From: the human T2T-CHM13v2.0 reference genome, Homo sapiens
Direction: 5' to 3' (one strand)
NCBI RefSeq assembly: GCF_009914755.1
Contig: NC_060928.1
DNA length: 64,000 bases
Positions 1 through 22,791 of this stretch are shown one piece after another (position 1 is the stretch's first letter; the number at the start of each line of letters is the position of its first letter). The translations under genes were made by a program, and so were the position numbers. The notes under the pieces are model-generated. The model was not told the origin of the DNA. It worked only from the letters and a program-made list of their open reading frames with translations, and did not search any database.

Positions 1-1133
1 AAAATGATACAGGAGCTGACAGACAAAATAGCCAGTATAAAGAAGAATGTAGTCAATCTGATATAGCTGAAAAGCCCACTACAAGAATTTCAAAATGTAA
101 TATCACAAGTACTAACAACAGACTATAACAAGTTGAGGAAAGAATCTCAAAGCTTGAAGACAGGCTTTCTGAAATAAGCCAGTCAGACAAGAATAAACCA
201 AAAAGAATGAAAAAACATAAATAAAACCTCTGAGAAATATGGAACTATGTAAAGAGACCAAATCTATGACTCATTAGTGTTATAGAGATGGGGATAATGG
301 AAGCAACTTGAAAAACATATTTTAGGATATCCTCCATGAGAACTTCCCCAACCTTGCTAGAGAGGCCAACATTCAAATTCAGAAACTGCAGAGAACCCCA
401 GGAAAATACTTTACAAGAAGATCATCCCCAAGACACATAATTATCAGATTCTCCAAGTCAAAATGAAAGACAAAATGTTAAGGCAGCTAAACAGAAAGTA
501 TAGGTCACCTATACAGGGAAGCCCATCATACTAACAGCAGACCCCTCAGCAGAAACCCTAAAAGCTAGAAGAGATTGGAGGCCTATATTCAACATTCTTA
601 AAGAAAAGAAATTCCAACCAAGAGTTTCATATCTGGCCAAACTAAGCTTTATAAGCAAAGAAGAAATAAGACCCTTTTCAGACATGCAAATGCTGAAAGA
701 ATTAATAATTACCAGACCTGTCTTACAAGAACATCTGAAAAAAACACTAAATATGAAAAGGAAAGACTGTTACCAGCCACTACAAAAACACACTTAAGTA
801 CACAGACTAGTGATGCTGTAAAGCAACTATACAAACAAGTTGGCATAATGACCACTTATCAACATGAAGAGAGGATTAAATCCATACATATCAACTTTAA
901 CCTTGCAAGTAAATGAGCTAAATGTCTCCATTAAAAGGCACAAAGTAGCAAGCTGGAAAGAAAAAAAAAAAGAGAGAAAAAAAAGAACCAGTGGTATGCT
1001 ATCTTCAAGAGACCCATCTCACATGTGATGACACCCATAGGCACAAAATAAAGGGATGGAGAAAAATCTACCAAGCAAATGGAAAGCAGAAAAAAGCAAA
1101 GGTTTCAATCCTAATTTCAGACATAACAGACTT

Positions 1134-1206
1134 CATTTGTTTGTTTGTTTTTGGTATTTTCTGTTTTTCTCATTTTTAAATTTATTTACAACTTTATTCA
1201 ATGAAG
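1134..1206 (-). mobile_element. 73-bp orphan retro-insertion (AATAAA plus A-rich tail) flanked by a 15-bp TSD
   Basis: agacataacagactt occurs at 1119-1133 and 1207-1221. The insert reads on - cttcattgAATAAAgttgtaAATAAAtttaaaaatgagaaaaacagaaaataccaaaaacaaacaaacaaatg. Confidence 0.75.
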
Positions 1207-2849
1207 AGACATAACAGACTTTAAACCAACAAAGATCAAAAAAGACAAAGAAGGACATAATAGAAAATACATTATAGAAAAGGGTTCAACTCAACAAGAA
1301 AATCTACCTATCCTAAATGTATATGCACCTAACACAGGAGCATCCAGATTCATAAAACAAGATCTTAAGGACCTTCAAAGAGACTTAGACTCCCACATAA
1401 TAATTGTGGGAGACTTCGACACTCCACTGACAGTATTAGATCATTGAGGCAGGAAATTAACAAAGATATTCAGGACCTGAACTCAACACTGGACCAAATG
1501 GACCTGATTGACATATACAGAACTCTCCACCCCAAAACAACAGGATATACATTCTACTCATCACCACATGGCACAAACTCTAAAACTGACCATACAATCA
1601 AATATAAAACAATCCAATCCTCAGTAAATGCAAAAGAACTAAAATCATACCAACCAGTCTCTCAGACCACAGTATAATAAAAGTAGAATTCAAGACCAAG
1701 AAAATCACTGGAAACCATACAATTACATGGAAATTAAACAACTTGCTCCTCAAAGACTTTGGGGTAATTCATGAAATTAAGGCAAAAATCAAGAAGTTCT
1801 CTGAAACTAATGAGAATAAAGATACAACATACCAGAATCTGTGGGACACAGCTAAGGCAGTGTTAAGAGGAAATGTACAGCACTAAATGTCCACATCAGA
1901 AAGTCTGATGTCCACATCAAATTAACAACCTAACATCACAACTAAAAGAACTAGAGAAGCAAGAGAAAACCAACTCCAAAGCTAGCAGAAGACAAGAAAT
2001 AAGCAAAATCAGAGCTGCACTGAAGGAGATTGAGATGTGAAAAACCATTCAAAAGATCAACCAACCCAAGCCTTGGGGTATTTCTGAAAAAAAAAAAATA
2101 ATAATAATAATAAGATAGACCAATAGCTAGACTAATAAAGAAAAAAAGAGAGAAGATTCAAATATACACAATTAGAAAGAACAAAGGGGATATTACCACT
2201 CACCCCACAGAAATTCAAATAACAATCAGAGAATACTATGGACACCTCTATGTACACAAACCAGAAAATCTAAAAGAAATAGAAAAACTCCTGGACACAT
2301 ACACCCTCCCAAGAATCAACCAGGAAGAAACTGAATCCCTGAATAGACCAATTACAAGCTTTGAAATCCAATCAGTAACAAATAGCCTACCAACCAAAAA
2401 AAAGCCTGGGATCAGATGAATTCACAGCTGAATTATACTAGATGTACAAGAAGAGCTGGTACAATTGCTACTGAAACTATTCAAAAAATTGAAAAGGAGG
2501 GACTCTTCCCTATCTCAGTCCATGAGGCCTGAATTATCCTGATAGAAAAACCTGGTGGAGACATCAAAAAAAGGGGAAAACTTCAGGCCAATATCCTTGG
2601 TGAACATTGTTGCAAAAATCCTCAACAAAACGCTAGCAAACTGAATCCAGAATTACATTAAAAAGCTAATCCACAATGATCAAGTAAACTTTATCCATGG
2701 AGTGCAAGGTTGGCTTAACATATGTAAATCAATAAACATGATTCATCATGCAAACAGAACCAAAGGGAAAAAACCACATGATCATCTCAATAGATGTAGC
2801 ATAGGCTTTCAATAAAATTCAACATCCCTTCATGTTGAAAACACTCAAC

Positions 2850-3136
<287 letters not shown>

Positions 3137-4845
3137 TAAATAAAAGACATCCAAGTAGGAAGACAGAAAGTCAAACTACCCCTGTTTGCAGATAACATAA
3201 TCCTATATCTAGAAAACTCTATAGTCGTGGCCCACAAAGCTCCTCAAGCTAAATTCAGCAAAGTCACAGAATTCAAAATCAGTGTACAAAAATCACTATC
3301 ATTCCTATACACCAACAATAGCCAAGCGGAGAGCCAAATCAGAAATGTAATCCCATTTACAACTGCCACAAAAAGTATAAAACACCTAGGAATATAGCTA
3401 ATCAGGGAGGGGAAAGATCTCTACAATGAGAATTACAAAACACTGCTCAAAAAAATCAGAGATGGCACTACAAAATAAAAAAAATTTCATGCTCATGGAT
3501 AGGAAGAATCAGCATTGTCAAAATGGGTATACTGCCCAAAGCAATGTACAGATTCAATGCTATTTCTATCAAAATAACAATGACATTCTTTCCAAAACTA
3601 GAAAACACTATTTTAAAATTCATATGGAACAACAACGAAAAACCCGAATAGCCAAGGGAATCCTAACCAAAAAGAACAAAGCTGGACACATCACACCACC
3701 CAACTTTAAACTATACTATAAGGCTACAGTAACCAAAACAGCATGGTACTAGTGCAAAAACAGACACATAGACCAATGGAACAGAATAGAGAGCCCAGAA
3801 ATAAGGCTGCACGCCTGTGACCATCTAATCTTTGACAAAGCTGACATAAATAAGCAATGGGGAAAGAACTCCCTATTCAATAAATGGTGCTGGAATAACT
3901 GGCTAGCAGAAGATTGAAAGTGGACCCTTTCCTTATACCATACATAAAAAACAACTCAAGATGGATTAAGGACTTAATTAATTGAATGTAAAACCTAAAA
4001 CTATAAAAACCCTTGAAGATAACCTAGGTAACATCATTCTGGACGTAGGAACTGGCAAAGACTTCATGATGAAGTTGCCAAAAGCAAGTTTAACAAAAGA
4101 AAAAAATTATAAATGGGATCTAACCAAACAAAAGAGCTCTGCACAGTAAAAGAAGCTATCAACAGAGCAAAACATACAGCCTACAGAATGGAAAAAATTT
4201 TTGCAAACTATGGATCTGACAAAGGTCTAATGTCCAACATCTGTAAGGAACTTAAAAAATTTACAAAAAAAAAAAAAAAACTCCAAACAACACCATTAAA
4301 AATTAAGTGGGCAAAGGTTGAATACTAAGAATGAGAATTAAAAAAACAAAAGTTGAGCAAAGGACATGAACAGATACTTTTCAAAAGAAGACATGCATGT
4401 GGCCAAAAAGCATATAAAAAACCAGCTCAAAATCAGTGATCATTAGAGAAATGCAAATAAAAACCATAGTGACATAATCTCACAACAGCCAAAATGGCTA
4501 TTACTAAAATGTCAAAAAACAGGTGCTGGTGAGTTTGTGCAGAAAATGGAACACTTGTACACTGTAGGTGGGAGTGTAAATTCGTTCACGCAGTATGGAG
4601 ATTCCTCAAAGAGCTAAAAACTGAACTACCATTCGACCTAGGAATCCCATTACTAGGTATGTACCCAAAAAAATATAAATTGTTCTATCATAAAAACACA
4701 TGCACATGTATGTTCATTGCACTATTATTCACAATAGCAAAGACATGGAATCAATCCAAATGCCCATCAATGAAAGACTGGATAAAGAAAATGTGATACA
4801 TATACACCATGGAATACTATGCAGCCATAAAAAATAACAAGATCA

Positions 4846-5160
<315 letters not shown>

Positions 5161-5176
5161 TAACAAGATCATGTTT

Positions 5177-11172
<5,996 letters not shown>

Positions 11173-11192
11173 ATAACAAAGTCAAAAAAAAA

Positions 11193-11423
11193 AATCATGT
11201 CCTTTGCAGGAACATGGATGGAGCTGGAGGTCATTATCCTTGGCAAAGTAGCATAGAAAGAGAAAACCAAATACCACATATTCTCACTTATAAGTTAGAG
11301 CTAAGTGATGAGAACACATGGACAAATAGAGGGGAACAACACACACTGGGGCCTACCTGAGGGTGGAGGGTGGAGAAGGGAAAGGATCAGAAAAAATAAC
11401 TATTGAGTACCAGGCTGAATGAA
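11193..11423 (+). mobile_element. 3' part of the old host L1 (resumes after the L1PA3 insertion)
   Basis: atcatgtcctttgcaggaacatggatggagctggagg...gagggtggagggtggag...aaaaaataactattg is collinear with the sequence interrupted at 4845/5176. Confidence 0.85.
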
Positions 11424-11748
11424 TGATATGATTTGGCTCTGTGTCCTCATCCAAATCTCACCTTGAATCGTAATCCCCACAATCCTCACGTGTCAAAAGC
11501 AGGACCAGGTGGAGGTAATTGGATCATGGGGGTGGTTTCCCCCATGCTGTTCTCAGGATAATGGGTGAATCTCACAAGATCTGATGGTTTTATAAGTGCC
11601 TGGCAGCGTTTCCCCTGCATGCACTCACTCCATCCTGCCACCCTGTGAAGAAGATGCCTGCTTCTCCTTTGCCTTCTGCCATGATTTTAAGTTGCCTGAG
11701 GCCTCCCCAGCAATGTGGAACTGTGAGTCAATTAAACCTTTTTTCTTT
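11424..11748 (+). mobile_element. MSTA-like MaLR solo LTR, 5' part (split by the SVA insertion)
   Basis: Starts tgatatgatttggctctgtgtcc and carries the typical gtttccccCATGCTGTTCTC and ctgtgagtcaattaaacc segments. Confidence 0.85.
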
Positions 11749-14167
<2,419 letters not shown>

Positions 14168-14239
14168 TAAACCTTTTTTCTTTATAAATCATCCAGTCTC
14201 AGGTATTTCCTCATAGCAGTGTGAGAAGGGACTAATACA
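14168..14239 (+). mobile_element. MSTA-like LTR, 3' end
   Basis: taaaccttttttctttataaatcatccagtctcaggtatttcctcatagcagtgtgagaagggactaataca completes the LTR begun at 11424. Confidence 0.85.
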
Positions 14240-14346
14240 GTGACAATATAATCTGTACAACAAACTCCCATGACACGAGTTTCTCTATGTAACAAACCTA
14301 CACATGCGCCCCTGAACCTAAAAGTGTAACACACACACACACACAC
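14240..14346 (+). mobile_element. Terminal 3'UTR of the old host L1, followed by a (CA)n microsatellite
   Basis: ataatctgtacaacaaactcccatgacacgagttt...cccctgaacctaaaa (L1PA15-17 style), then (ac)n at about 14329-14346. Confidence 0.8.
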
Positions 14347-15749
14347 GAAGCCAAATATCACCTTTAATACAGATAGAGAGGCCAAACCAGGTGGTAGAAT
14401 GTGAGGTCTATTAGCCAAGTGAGCTTGCTAATATGGGGCTCCAGAAGGCAGCCTTTTCTTCTCGGTCACAGGCAAGCTATGAGCAGGCTAGGCCTCCCAT
14501 GAAGGGGCAGGACAGAGTGCCTGTTCCCTATAGTCAGTTCAATGTGAAGAAGAGTGCAGAAAGAAACAGCAGCTGTCACACAATAAAGGCAGATCCTAAC
14601 CCTGGAAGGCTGAGCCCCGCAGTGCTCTGTATAGTCAGGGCGCCTCCTAAGCGGAGAAGAGGTAGAGTTGAGCCACTTCTTATTCCATCATTCCAAATTT
14701 ACCAATCAGATAGAACATCCCTCTCACTAAAAGAGAGTCAGAGAAAGGGTAAGACCATAGGAAAACTCTTCTTGATGGAAATCAGGAGTGGGAGAATGTT
14801 GTTATACTCTAATAAAAAAAAATTTTCCATGTTGGGTATTTGTGGGGTTTTTTGATACAATATTGCAAAAAATAATGCTCCACAATTTTTCTTCCCAGGA
14901 AAAACCTTATCAAAATCTCTTCCTAATGTGTAAAGAGCACCCAACTCTGCCTTTGGAGATTATATTTTTTTGCCTCTTTCTTTACTCTTCATTCAAATGA
15001 TATCATAGTTTTTTTTAGATTTAAAAATCTCTTTATGTCTGGAAATCATTAGTCCAATACAATCTTTTCTGCATTATGCATGCTCTCTTTTTTAAAAAAA
15101 ACCTCATATTTAAAAAAAATAGCAAAAAAGATACAAAACAGGATCAATAAAGAAAAAAAGTCCCTCCCTACATGTTATGAGATAGGGTTGGCTGCAAGAG
15201 AAACTTAATAAGATTTAGGAAGTAGAAGGAAGGCTGAGCAGATGATGCTTATCATTGATCGAGGGCCATAAAGGAAAGACTCAAAGGTGCTAGTGGTTTC
15301 CAAGTCATCCTCACTTGTTCTCGCTCCATATCCAGCCCATCTTCCTGACTGCCAACCTTGATAGCATCAAGTTTTGTCAATGACTTTTTTTAGAATTTTT
15401 TATTTCAATAGGTTTTGGAGAAACAAATGGTATTTGGTTACATTAATAAGTTCTTTACCAGTAATTTCTGAGATTTTTGTGTACCCATCACCCAAGCAGT
15501 GTAACTGTAAGCAATGTGTAGTCTTTTATCCCCCGCCTACACACACATTCCCCCAAGTCCCCAAAGTCCACTGTATCATTCTTATGTCTTTGTGTCTTCA
15601 TAGCCTAGTTCCCACTTTCGAGTGAGAACATAAGATGTTTGGTTTTCCATTCCTGAGTTACTTCACTTAGAATCATCATCTCCAATTCCATCAAGGTTGC
15701 TGCAAATGCCATTATTTTGTTTCTTTTTATGGCTAAGTCGTATTCCATG

Positions 15750-15750
<1 letters not shown>

Positions 15751-15810
<60 letters not shown>

Positions 15811-15818
15811 TATATACA
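15751..15818. repeat. (TG)n(TA)n(CA)n compound microsatellite within the L1PB 3' region
   Basis: tgtgtgtg, about 20 TA units, then cacacacacaca. Confidence 0.95.
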
Positions 15819-18800
15819 TAACACATTTTCTTTATCCACCCATTGATTGATGGGCATTTGGGCTGGTTCCATACTTTCACAACTGCAAATTGTGCTGCTA
15901 TAACCATGCATGTGTGTGCAAGTGTGTTTTTCCTATAATGACTTCTTTTCCTCTGGGTAGATACCTAGTAGTGGGATTGCTGGGTCAAATGGTAGATCTA
16001 CTTTTAGTTCCTTAAGGAATCTCCACACTGTTTTTTATAGTGGTTGTACTAATTTACATTCTCAACAACAGTATAAAAGTGTTCCCTTTTCACCACATCC
16101 ACACCAATATCTATTTTTTTATTTTTTTATTATGGCCATTCTTGCAGGAGTAAGATGGTATCACACTGTGGTTTTGATAGGCATTTCCCTGATAATTTGT
16201 GATGTTGAGCATTTTTCCATATGCTTGTCAGCCATTTCTATATCTTCTTTTGAGAATTGTCTATTCATGTCCTTAGCCCACTTTTTGGTGGGATTGTTTC
16301 TTCTGCTGATTTGTTTGAATTCTGTGTAGATTCTGGATATTACTTCTTAGTCAGATGTATAGATTGTAAAGATTTTCTCCCACTCTGTGGGTTGTCTATT
16401 AACCCTGCTGATTATTTATTTTGCTGTGCAGAAGCTTTTTAGTTTAATTATGTCCCATCTATTTATCTTTGTTTTTGTTGCATTTGCTTTTGGATTCTTG
16501 GTCATGAAGTCTTTGCCTAAGCCAATATCTAGACGGTTTGTCCGATGTTATCTTCTAGAATCTTTATGGTTTCAGGTCATAGATGTAAGTCTTTGATCCA
16601 TCTTGAGTTGATTTTTGTATAAGGTGAGAGATGAGGATCCAGTTTCATTCTTTTACCTGTGGCTTTCCAATTATCCCAGCACCATTTGTTGAATAGGGTG
16701 TCTTTTCCCCACTTTGTGTTTTTGTTTGCATTTTCAAAGATCAGTTGGCTGTTAAGTATTTGGCTTTATTTCTGGGTTCTCTATTCTGTTCCACTGGTCT
16801 ATGTGCCTATTTTTATACCAGAATCATGCTGTTTTGGTGGCTATGGACTTATAGTATAGTTTGAATTCGGGTAATGTGATGCCTCCAGATTTGCTTTTTG
16901 CTTAGTCTTGCTTTGGCTATGCGGGCTCTTTTTTGGTTCCATATGAATTTTAGAATTGTTTTTCTAGTTCTGTGAAGAATGATAGTGGTATTTTGACAGA
17001 AATTGCACTGAATTTGTAAACTGCTTTTGGCAGTATGGTCATTTTCACAATATTGATTCTACTCATCCATGAGCATGGGATGTCTTTCCATTTGTTTGTA
17101 TCATCTATGATTTCTTGCAGTAGTGTTTTGTAGTTTACCTTGCAGAGGTCTTTCACCTCCTTGGTTAGATATATAACCAGGTATTTTTTTTTTTTTTGCA
17201 GCTATTGTTAAGGGGTTGAGTTCTTGATTTGCTTCTCAGCTTGGTCGCTGCTGGTGTATAGCAAGGTATATAGTGGTTTATAGATTTGTGTGCATTAATT
17301 TCATATCCTGAAACTTTGCTGAATTCATTTACCAGTTTTAGGAGCTTTTTGGATGAATCTTTAGGGTTTTTTAGGTATACGATCATATCATCAGCAAACA
17401 ACAAGAGTTCAACTTCCTCTTTACAGATTTGGATGCCTTTTATTTCCTTTTCTTGGCTGAGTGCTCTGGCTAGGACTCCCAGTACTATGTTGAACAGAAG
17501 TGATGAGAGTGTGTATCCTTGTCTTGTTCCAGTTCTCAGAGGGGATGCTTCCAACTTTTCCCCATTCAGTATAATGTTAGCAGTGGGTTCGTCATGGACA
17601 ACCTTTATTACCTTAAGGTATGTCCCTTCTATGCTGATTTTGCTGAGGGTTTAATCACTAAGGGATTCTGGATTTTGTCCATTGCTTTTTCTGCATCTAC
17701 TGAGATGATCATGTGATTTTTGTTTTTAATTCTGTTTATGTGGTGTATCACATTTATTGACCTGTGAATGTTAAACCATCCCTCCATCCCTGGTATGACA
17801 CCCAACTGATCATGGTGGATGATCTTTTTGACATGCTGGTGGACTCAGTCCACTAGTATTTTGCTGAGGATTTTTGCATCTATGTTCATCAGGGATATTG
17901 GTCTGTAGTTTTGTTTTTTGGTTATGTCTTTTCCTGATTTTGATATCAGGGTAATACTGGCTTTATAGAATGATTTAGGGGGGATTCCCTCTTTCCCTAT
18001 TGTGTGGAATAGTGTCAATAGGATTGATACCAATTCTTTGAATGTCTGATAAAATTCAGCTGTGAATCCATCTGGTCCTGGACTTTTTTTGTTGGCAATT
18101 TTTTTATTGCCATTTCAATCTTGCTGCTTGTTGTTGGTCTGTTCAGAGTTTCTATATCTTCCTGGTTTAATCTAGAAGGGTTGTATATTTCCAGGAATTT
18201 ATCCATCTCCTCTATGTTTTCTAGTTTAAGCATGTAAAGGTGTTCACAGTAGCCTTGAATGATCGTTTGTATTTCTGTGGTATCAGTAGTAATATATCCC
18301 GTTTCATTTCTAATTGAGCTTATTTGGATCGTCTTTCTTCTTTTCTTGGTTAATGTCGCTAATATTCTATCAATTTTATCTTTCCAAAGAACCAGCTTTT
18401 TGTTTCATTTATCTTTTGTATTTTTGTTTGTTTGCTTGTTTGTTTCAATTTCATTTAGTTCTGCTCTGATCTTTGTTATGTCTTTTCTTCTGCTGGGTTT
18501 GGGTTTGGTGTGTTCTTGCTTCTGTAGTTTCTTGAGATGTGACCTTAGTTTATCTATTCGTGCTCTTTCAGACTTTTTGATGTAGGCATTTAGTGCTATA
18601 AACTTTCCTATTAGCACCTTTTGCTGTATCCTAGAGGTTTTGATAGGTTGTGTCACTATTATTGTTCAGACTTTTAATTTGCATCTTGATTTCATTGTTG
18701 ACCCAAAGATTATTCAGGAGCAGGTTATTTAATTTCCATGTACTTGCATGGTTTTGAGGGTTCCTTTTGGAGTTGACTTCCAATTTTATTCCACTGTGGT

Positions 18801-19160
18801 CTGAGAGAGTATCTACTATAATTTATATTTTCTTACATTTACTGAGACTTGTTTTGTGGCCTATCATATAGTCTATCTTGGAGAACATTCCATGTGCTGA
18901 TGAATAGAACGCATATTCTGCAGTTGTTGGATAGAATGTTCTGTAAATATCTGTTAAGTCCATTTGTTGTAGGAACAATTTAAGTCCATTGTTTCTTTGT
19001 TGGCTTTCTGTCTTGATGACCTGTCTAGTGCTGTCAGTGGAGTATTAAAGTCCCCCACTATTGCTGTGTTGCCATCTATCTGATTTCTTAGGTCTAGCAG
19101 TAATTGTTTATAAATTTGGGAGCTCCAGTGTTAGGTGCATATATATTTAGGATTGTGATA

Positions 19161-19230
19161 TTTTCCTTTTGTACTAGTCCTTTTATCATTATATATTTTC
19201 CTTTTGTACTAGTCCTTTTATCATTATATA
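19161..19230. repeat. Perfect 35-bp tandem duplication
   Basis: ttttccttttgtactagtccttttatcattatata at 19161-19195 and 19196-19230. Confidence 0.95.
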
Positions 19231-22200
19231 AGGTCCCTCTTTTTTTAACTGCTGTTGCTTTAAGGTTTGTTTTGTCTGATATAAGAATAGCTACTCCTGC
19301 TCACTTTTGGTGTCCATTTGCATGGAATATCTTTGTCCACCCCTTTACCTTAAGTTTATGTGAGTCCTTATGTGTTAGATGAGTCTCCTGAAGACAGCAG
19401 AAACTTGGTTGGTGAATTCTTATCCATTCTGCCATATTGTATCTTTTAAGTGGAGCATTTAGGCCATTTTCATTCAATGTTAGTATTAAGATGTCAGGTA
19501 CTATTCTATCCATCATGCTATTTGTTGCCTGGATGTCTTTTTTTTCCCATCGTGTTATTGTTATATAGGTCCTTTGACATTTATGCTTTAAGGAGGTTCT
19601 ATTTTGGTGTATCACAAAAATTTGTTTCAAGATTTAGAACTCCTTTCAGCAGTCTTGTAGTGCTGGCTTGCAGTGGTGAATTCTCTCAGCATTTGTTTGT
19701 CTAGAAAAGACTGTATCTTTCCTTCATTTATGAAGCTTAGTTTTGCTGGATACAAAATTCTTGGCTGATAATTGTTCTGTTTATGGAGGCTAAAAATAGG
19801 ACCCCAATCCCTTCTAGCTTGTAGGATTTCTGCTGAGAAATCTGCTGTTACTCTGATAGGTTTTCCTTTATACATTACCTGATGCTTTTGCTTCACAGCT
19901 CTCAAGATTCTTTCCTTTGTCTTGACTTTAGATAGCCTGATGACTATGTGCCTAGGCAATTATCTTTTTGTGATGAATTTCCCAGGTGTTCTTTGAGCTT
20001 CTGGTATTTGGATGTCTAGATCTGTAGCCAGGCTGGGGAAGTTTTCCTCAATTATTCCCTCAAATATGTTTTCCAAACTCTTAGATTTCTCTTCCTCCTT
20101 AGGAAAAGCAATTATCTTAGGTTCGGATGCTTAACATAGTCCCAAGCTTCCTGGAGGCTTTGTTCATTTTTTAAAATTATTTTTTCTTTGTCTTTGATGG
20201 ATTGGGTTAATTCGAAAGCCTTGTCCTTGAGCTCTGAAGTTCTTTCTTCTGCTTGTTCAATTTTATTGCTGAGACTTTCCAGTGCATTTTTCATTTCTCT
20301 AAGTGTGTCTTTGATTTCCAGAAGTTGTGATTGTTCTTATTTATGCTGTCTATTTCACTGAACATTTTTCCTTTCATATCCTATATCATATATTTGATTT
20401 CTTTAAGTTGGACTTCACCTTTCTCTGGCGTCTCCTTGATTAGCTTAATAATCGACCTTCGAATTCTTTTTCTGGAAATTTAGAGATTTCATCTTGGTTT
20501 GGATTGCTGGTAAGCTAATGTGATCTTTTGGGGCTGTTAAAGAACCTTGTTTTGTCATATTATCAGAATTGTTTTTCTGGTTCCTTCTCATTTAGGTAAA
20601 CTATGTCAGAGGGAAGATCTGGGACTCGGGGCTGCTGTTCAGATTATTTCGTCTCATGGGGTGCTCCCTTGATGAACTGTTCTCCCTCTTCCCCTAGGGA
20701 TGGGGCTTCCTGAGAGCTGCACTACAGTGATCATTTTTGCTCTTCTGGGTCTAGCCAACCAGTGGAGCTACAAGGTTTCAGGCTGGTACTGGGGAGTGTC
20801 TGCAAAGAGTCCTATAATGTGATCCATCTTCAGGTCTTTCGGCCATGGATACCAGCACCTGCTCCAGTGGAGGCAGCAGGGGAGTGAAGTGGACTCTGTG
20901 AGGGTCCTTGGTTGTATTTTTGTTTAGCACACTGTTTTCTTTTGTCGGTTGGCCTCCAGCCAGGAGGTGGCGCTTTCAAGAGTGCATCAGCTGCAGTACT
21001 ATAGGAGGATGCAAACTTGCCCCATGGTTGCCTGGTTAAGTATTCAGGTTTTTCAGGCAGTAGACAGGGCCATAGAGCCCCCAAGAGATTATATCCTTTG
21101 TCTTTGGCAACCAGGGCTGGTAGAGAAAGACCACCAGGTGGGAGCAGGAATAGGTGTGTCTGAGCTCAGACTCTCCTTGGGCGAGGCTTGCTGCAGCTAC
21201 TGTGGGAGATGGTGGTATAGTTCCCAAGCCAATGGAGTTATGTTCCCAGGGGGATTATAGCTGCCTCTGCTGAATCACACAGATCACCAGGGAAAAGGGG
21301 TAAAGCCGGCAGTCTCAGGCTTCACCCCGCTCCCATGTAGACTACAGTCCTAAAGGCTGGTATCATGCCCACTGTGCCCCAGCAATAGGACCAAGTTTAT
21401 TTCCAGGCAGCCAGTGACCAGGGCTGAGAACTTCCCCAGACCACCAGCCTCTCCACTGAGAAAGCAAGCAGACTCAGTTTTTCAGCATCTCAGGGAGCCT
21501 GCAGTAGTGATCCAGTTCCTCCAAATGGTCTGTGCATTCTCTCAGCTTTCCTGGCATGTTCCTGCAGTGGTTCTTGGAGCAGAAGTTCACGATGTGAATC
21601 TCCACACACTGCTCTGAGTGGGAGCTGCAAGCTAGTCCTGTCTCCTATCCGCCATCTTAATCCAAATCTCCAAAGATGCTTTTGCAAGTAACAATACCCC
21701 ATGCTGCCAAATGACTCTTGAATAGCAAGGCCCACAGAGAAGCAGTGTGGTGGAAACTTCTTCTCAGAAAAACTCAATCCTAATTATAAATGGCTAAAAA
21801 GAAGGCATTATAAAACAGAACCTCCCAGGGTGTTGGTGAAGTCAGGAATGGCACTAAAATGAGCCATCATATTTCCAAGCCAAGCCATATGGCGTGAGAG
21901 CTAATAGAGGCACTAGAGGACTTAGAAAGTAAAATCTGCCAATTTATTAGAAAATTAGCAGACATACTATTACTTAGCTTAGGTAAACTTGATTTGCTAT
22001 AGAAAGATACTATCTAACATTCAATATATTTTAAAAAACCAATCCTACCTATTAAAAACTACTTTGGCAGCCAATAAAATAGATGCCTATTTTTTATTGC
22101 AAAGAGATAAAACTTAAAACTAAAGCTATATTTTACCTCAATTTTCTTGAGTGACTTTATAACTCATTTATATTTTATTAAAAAACCATTTTCCAAGCTG

Positions 22201-22684
22201 GATTGCTTTAATTTAAAGTATAAATTCTACCTAAAGAAATAACTGGAGATGGATATATTACATATATATTTATAAAGTATATGTTTAGGAAGTAGGAAGT
22301 TTAAACACAGCTGCTTCCTTAATACATTGTTTGCTATCATTTTATAACCACAATAAGTTATAGTCAAAATAAAAGGTTTTTTTCCTTGTATTACCCTTCA
22401 GTGATTTTATAGAGGGGAAATCAGATGTTGGGCAGCGTTCAAGAATACATATTACTTTTCAGTGTTCTCACTCTATGATACCTTGATTTTATCCCACAAA
22501 ATCTTTTCTGGGGTTTCAAAGTTTTCTGAATCCAATGAGGATTATGTTTATTATTATTATTACCACTCACACCAATACACCATGCCATTTTTTAAGACAA
22601 GTAGAAACAGCATAAGGCTTAAAAAATATAGTGGGTTTGCTAATGCACAATTTTTCTTTAATTTTTACTTTTATTCTAGATTTT

Positions 22685-22791
22685 AAAAATGTGAAATGCT
22701 TCACGAATTTGCATGTCATCTTTGTGCAGGGGCCATGCTAATCTTTTCTGTATCATTCCAATTTTAGTATATGTGCTGCCAAAGAGAGCAC
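22685..22791 (-). pseudogene. Full-length U6 snRNA retropseudogene
   Basis: Minus strand GTGCTCTCTTTGGCAGCACATATACTAAAATTGGAATGATACAGAAAAGATTAGCATGGCCCCTGCACAAAGATGACATGCAAATTCGTGAAGCATTTCACATTTTT (107 nt). A-rich tail 22654-22684, TSD ctaatgcacaattt at 22640-22653 and 22792-22805. CpGs are decayed and the ACAGAGA box is mutated to ACAGAAA. Confidence 0.95.

Larger units (their letters stand above)
15386..21670 (-). mobile_element. Full-length L1PB1-like LINE-1 (decayed)
   Basis: 3' end tttatttcaataggttttgg...gtacccatcacccaagcagtg. Minus-strand ORF2 fragments ([17 protein letters not shown]) and ORF1 fragments (PRHIVIRLSK). 5' end aagatggcggataggag at about 21658. Confidence 0.9.

Noticed and set aside
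14433-14855. 140-aa ORF in non-repeat sequence
   Set aside because: No recognisable domain or splice context, it is antisense to the host gene, and its length is compatible with chance.
22685-22791. Functional U6 snRNA gene
   Set aside because: TSD, A-rich tail, CpG decay and a mutated ACAGAGA box indicate a retrocopy.
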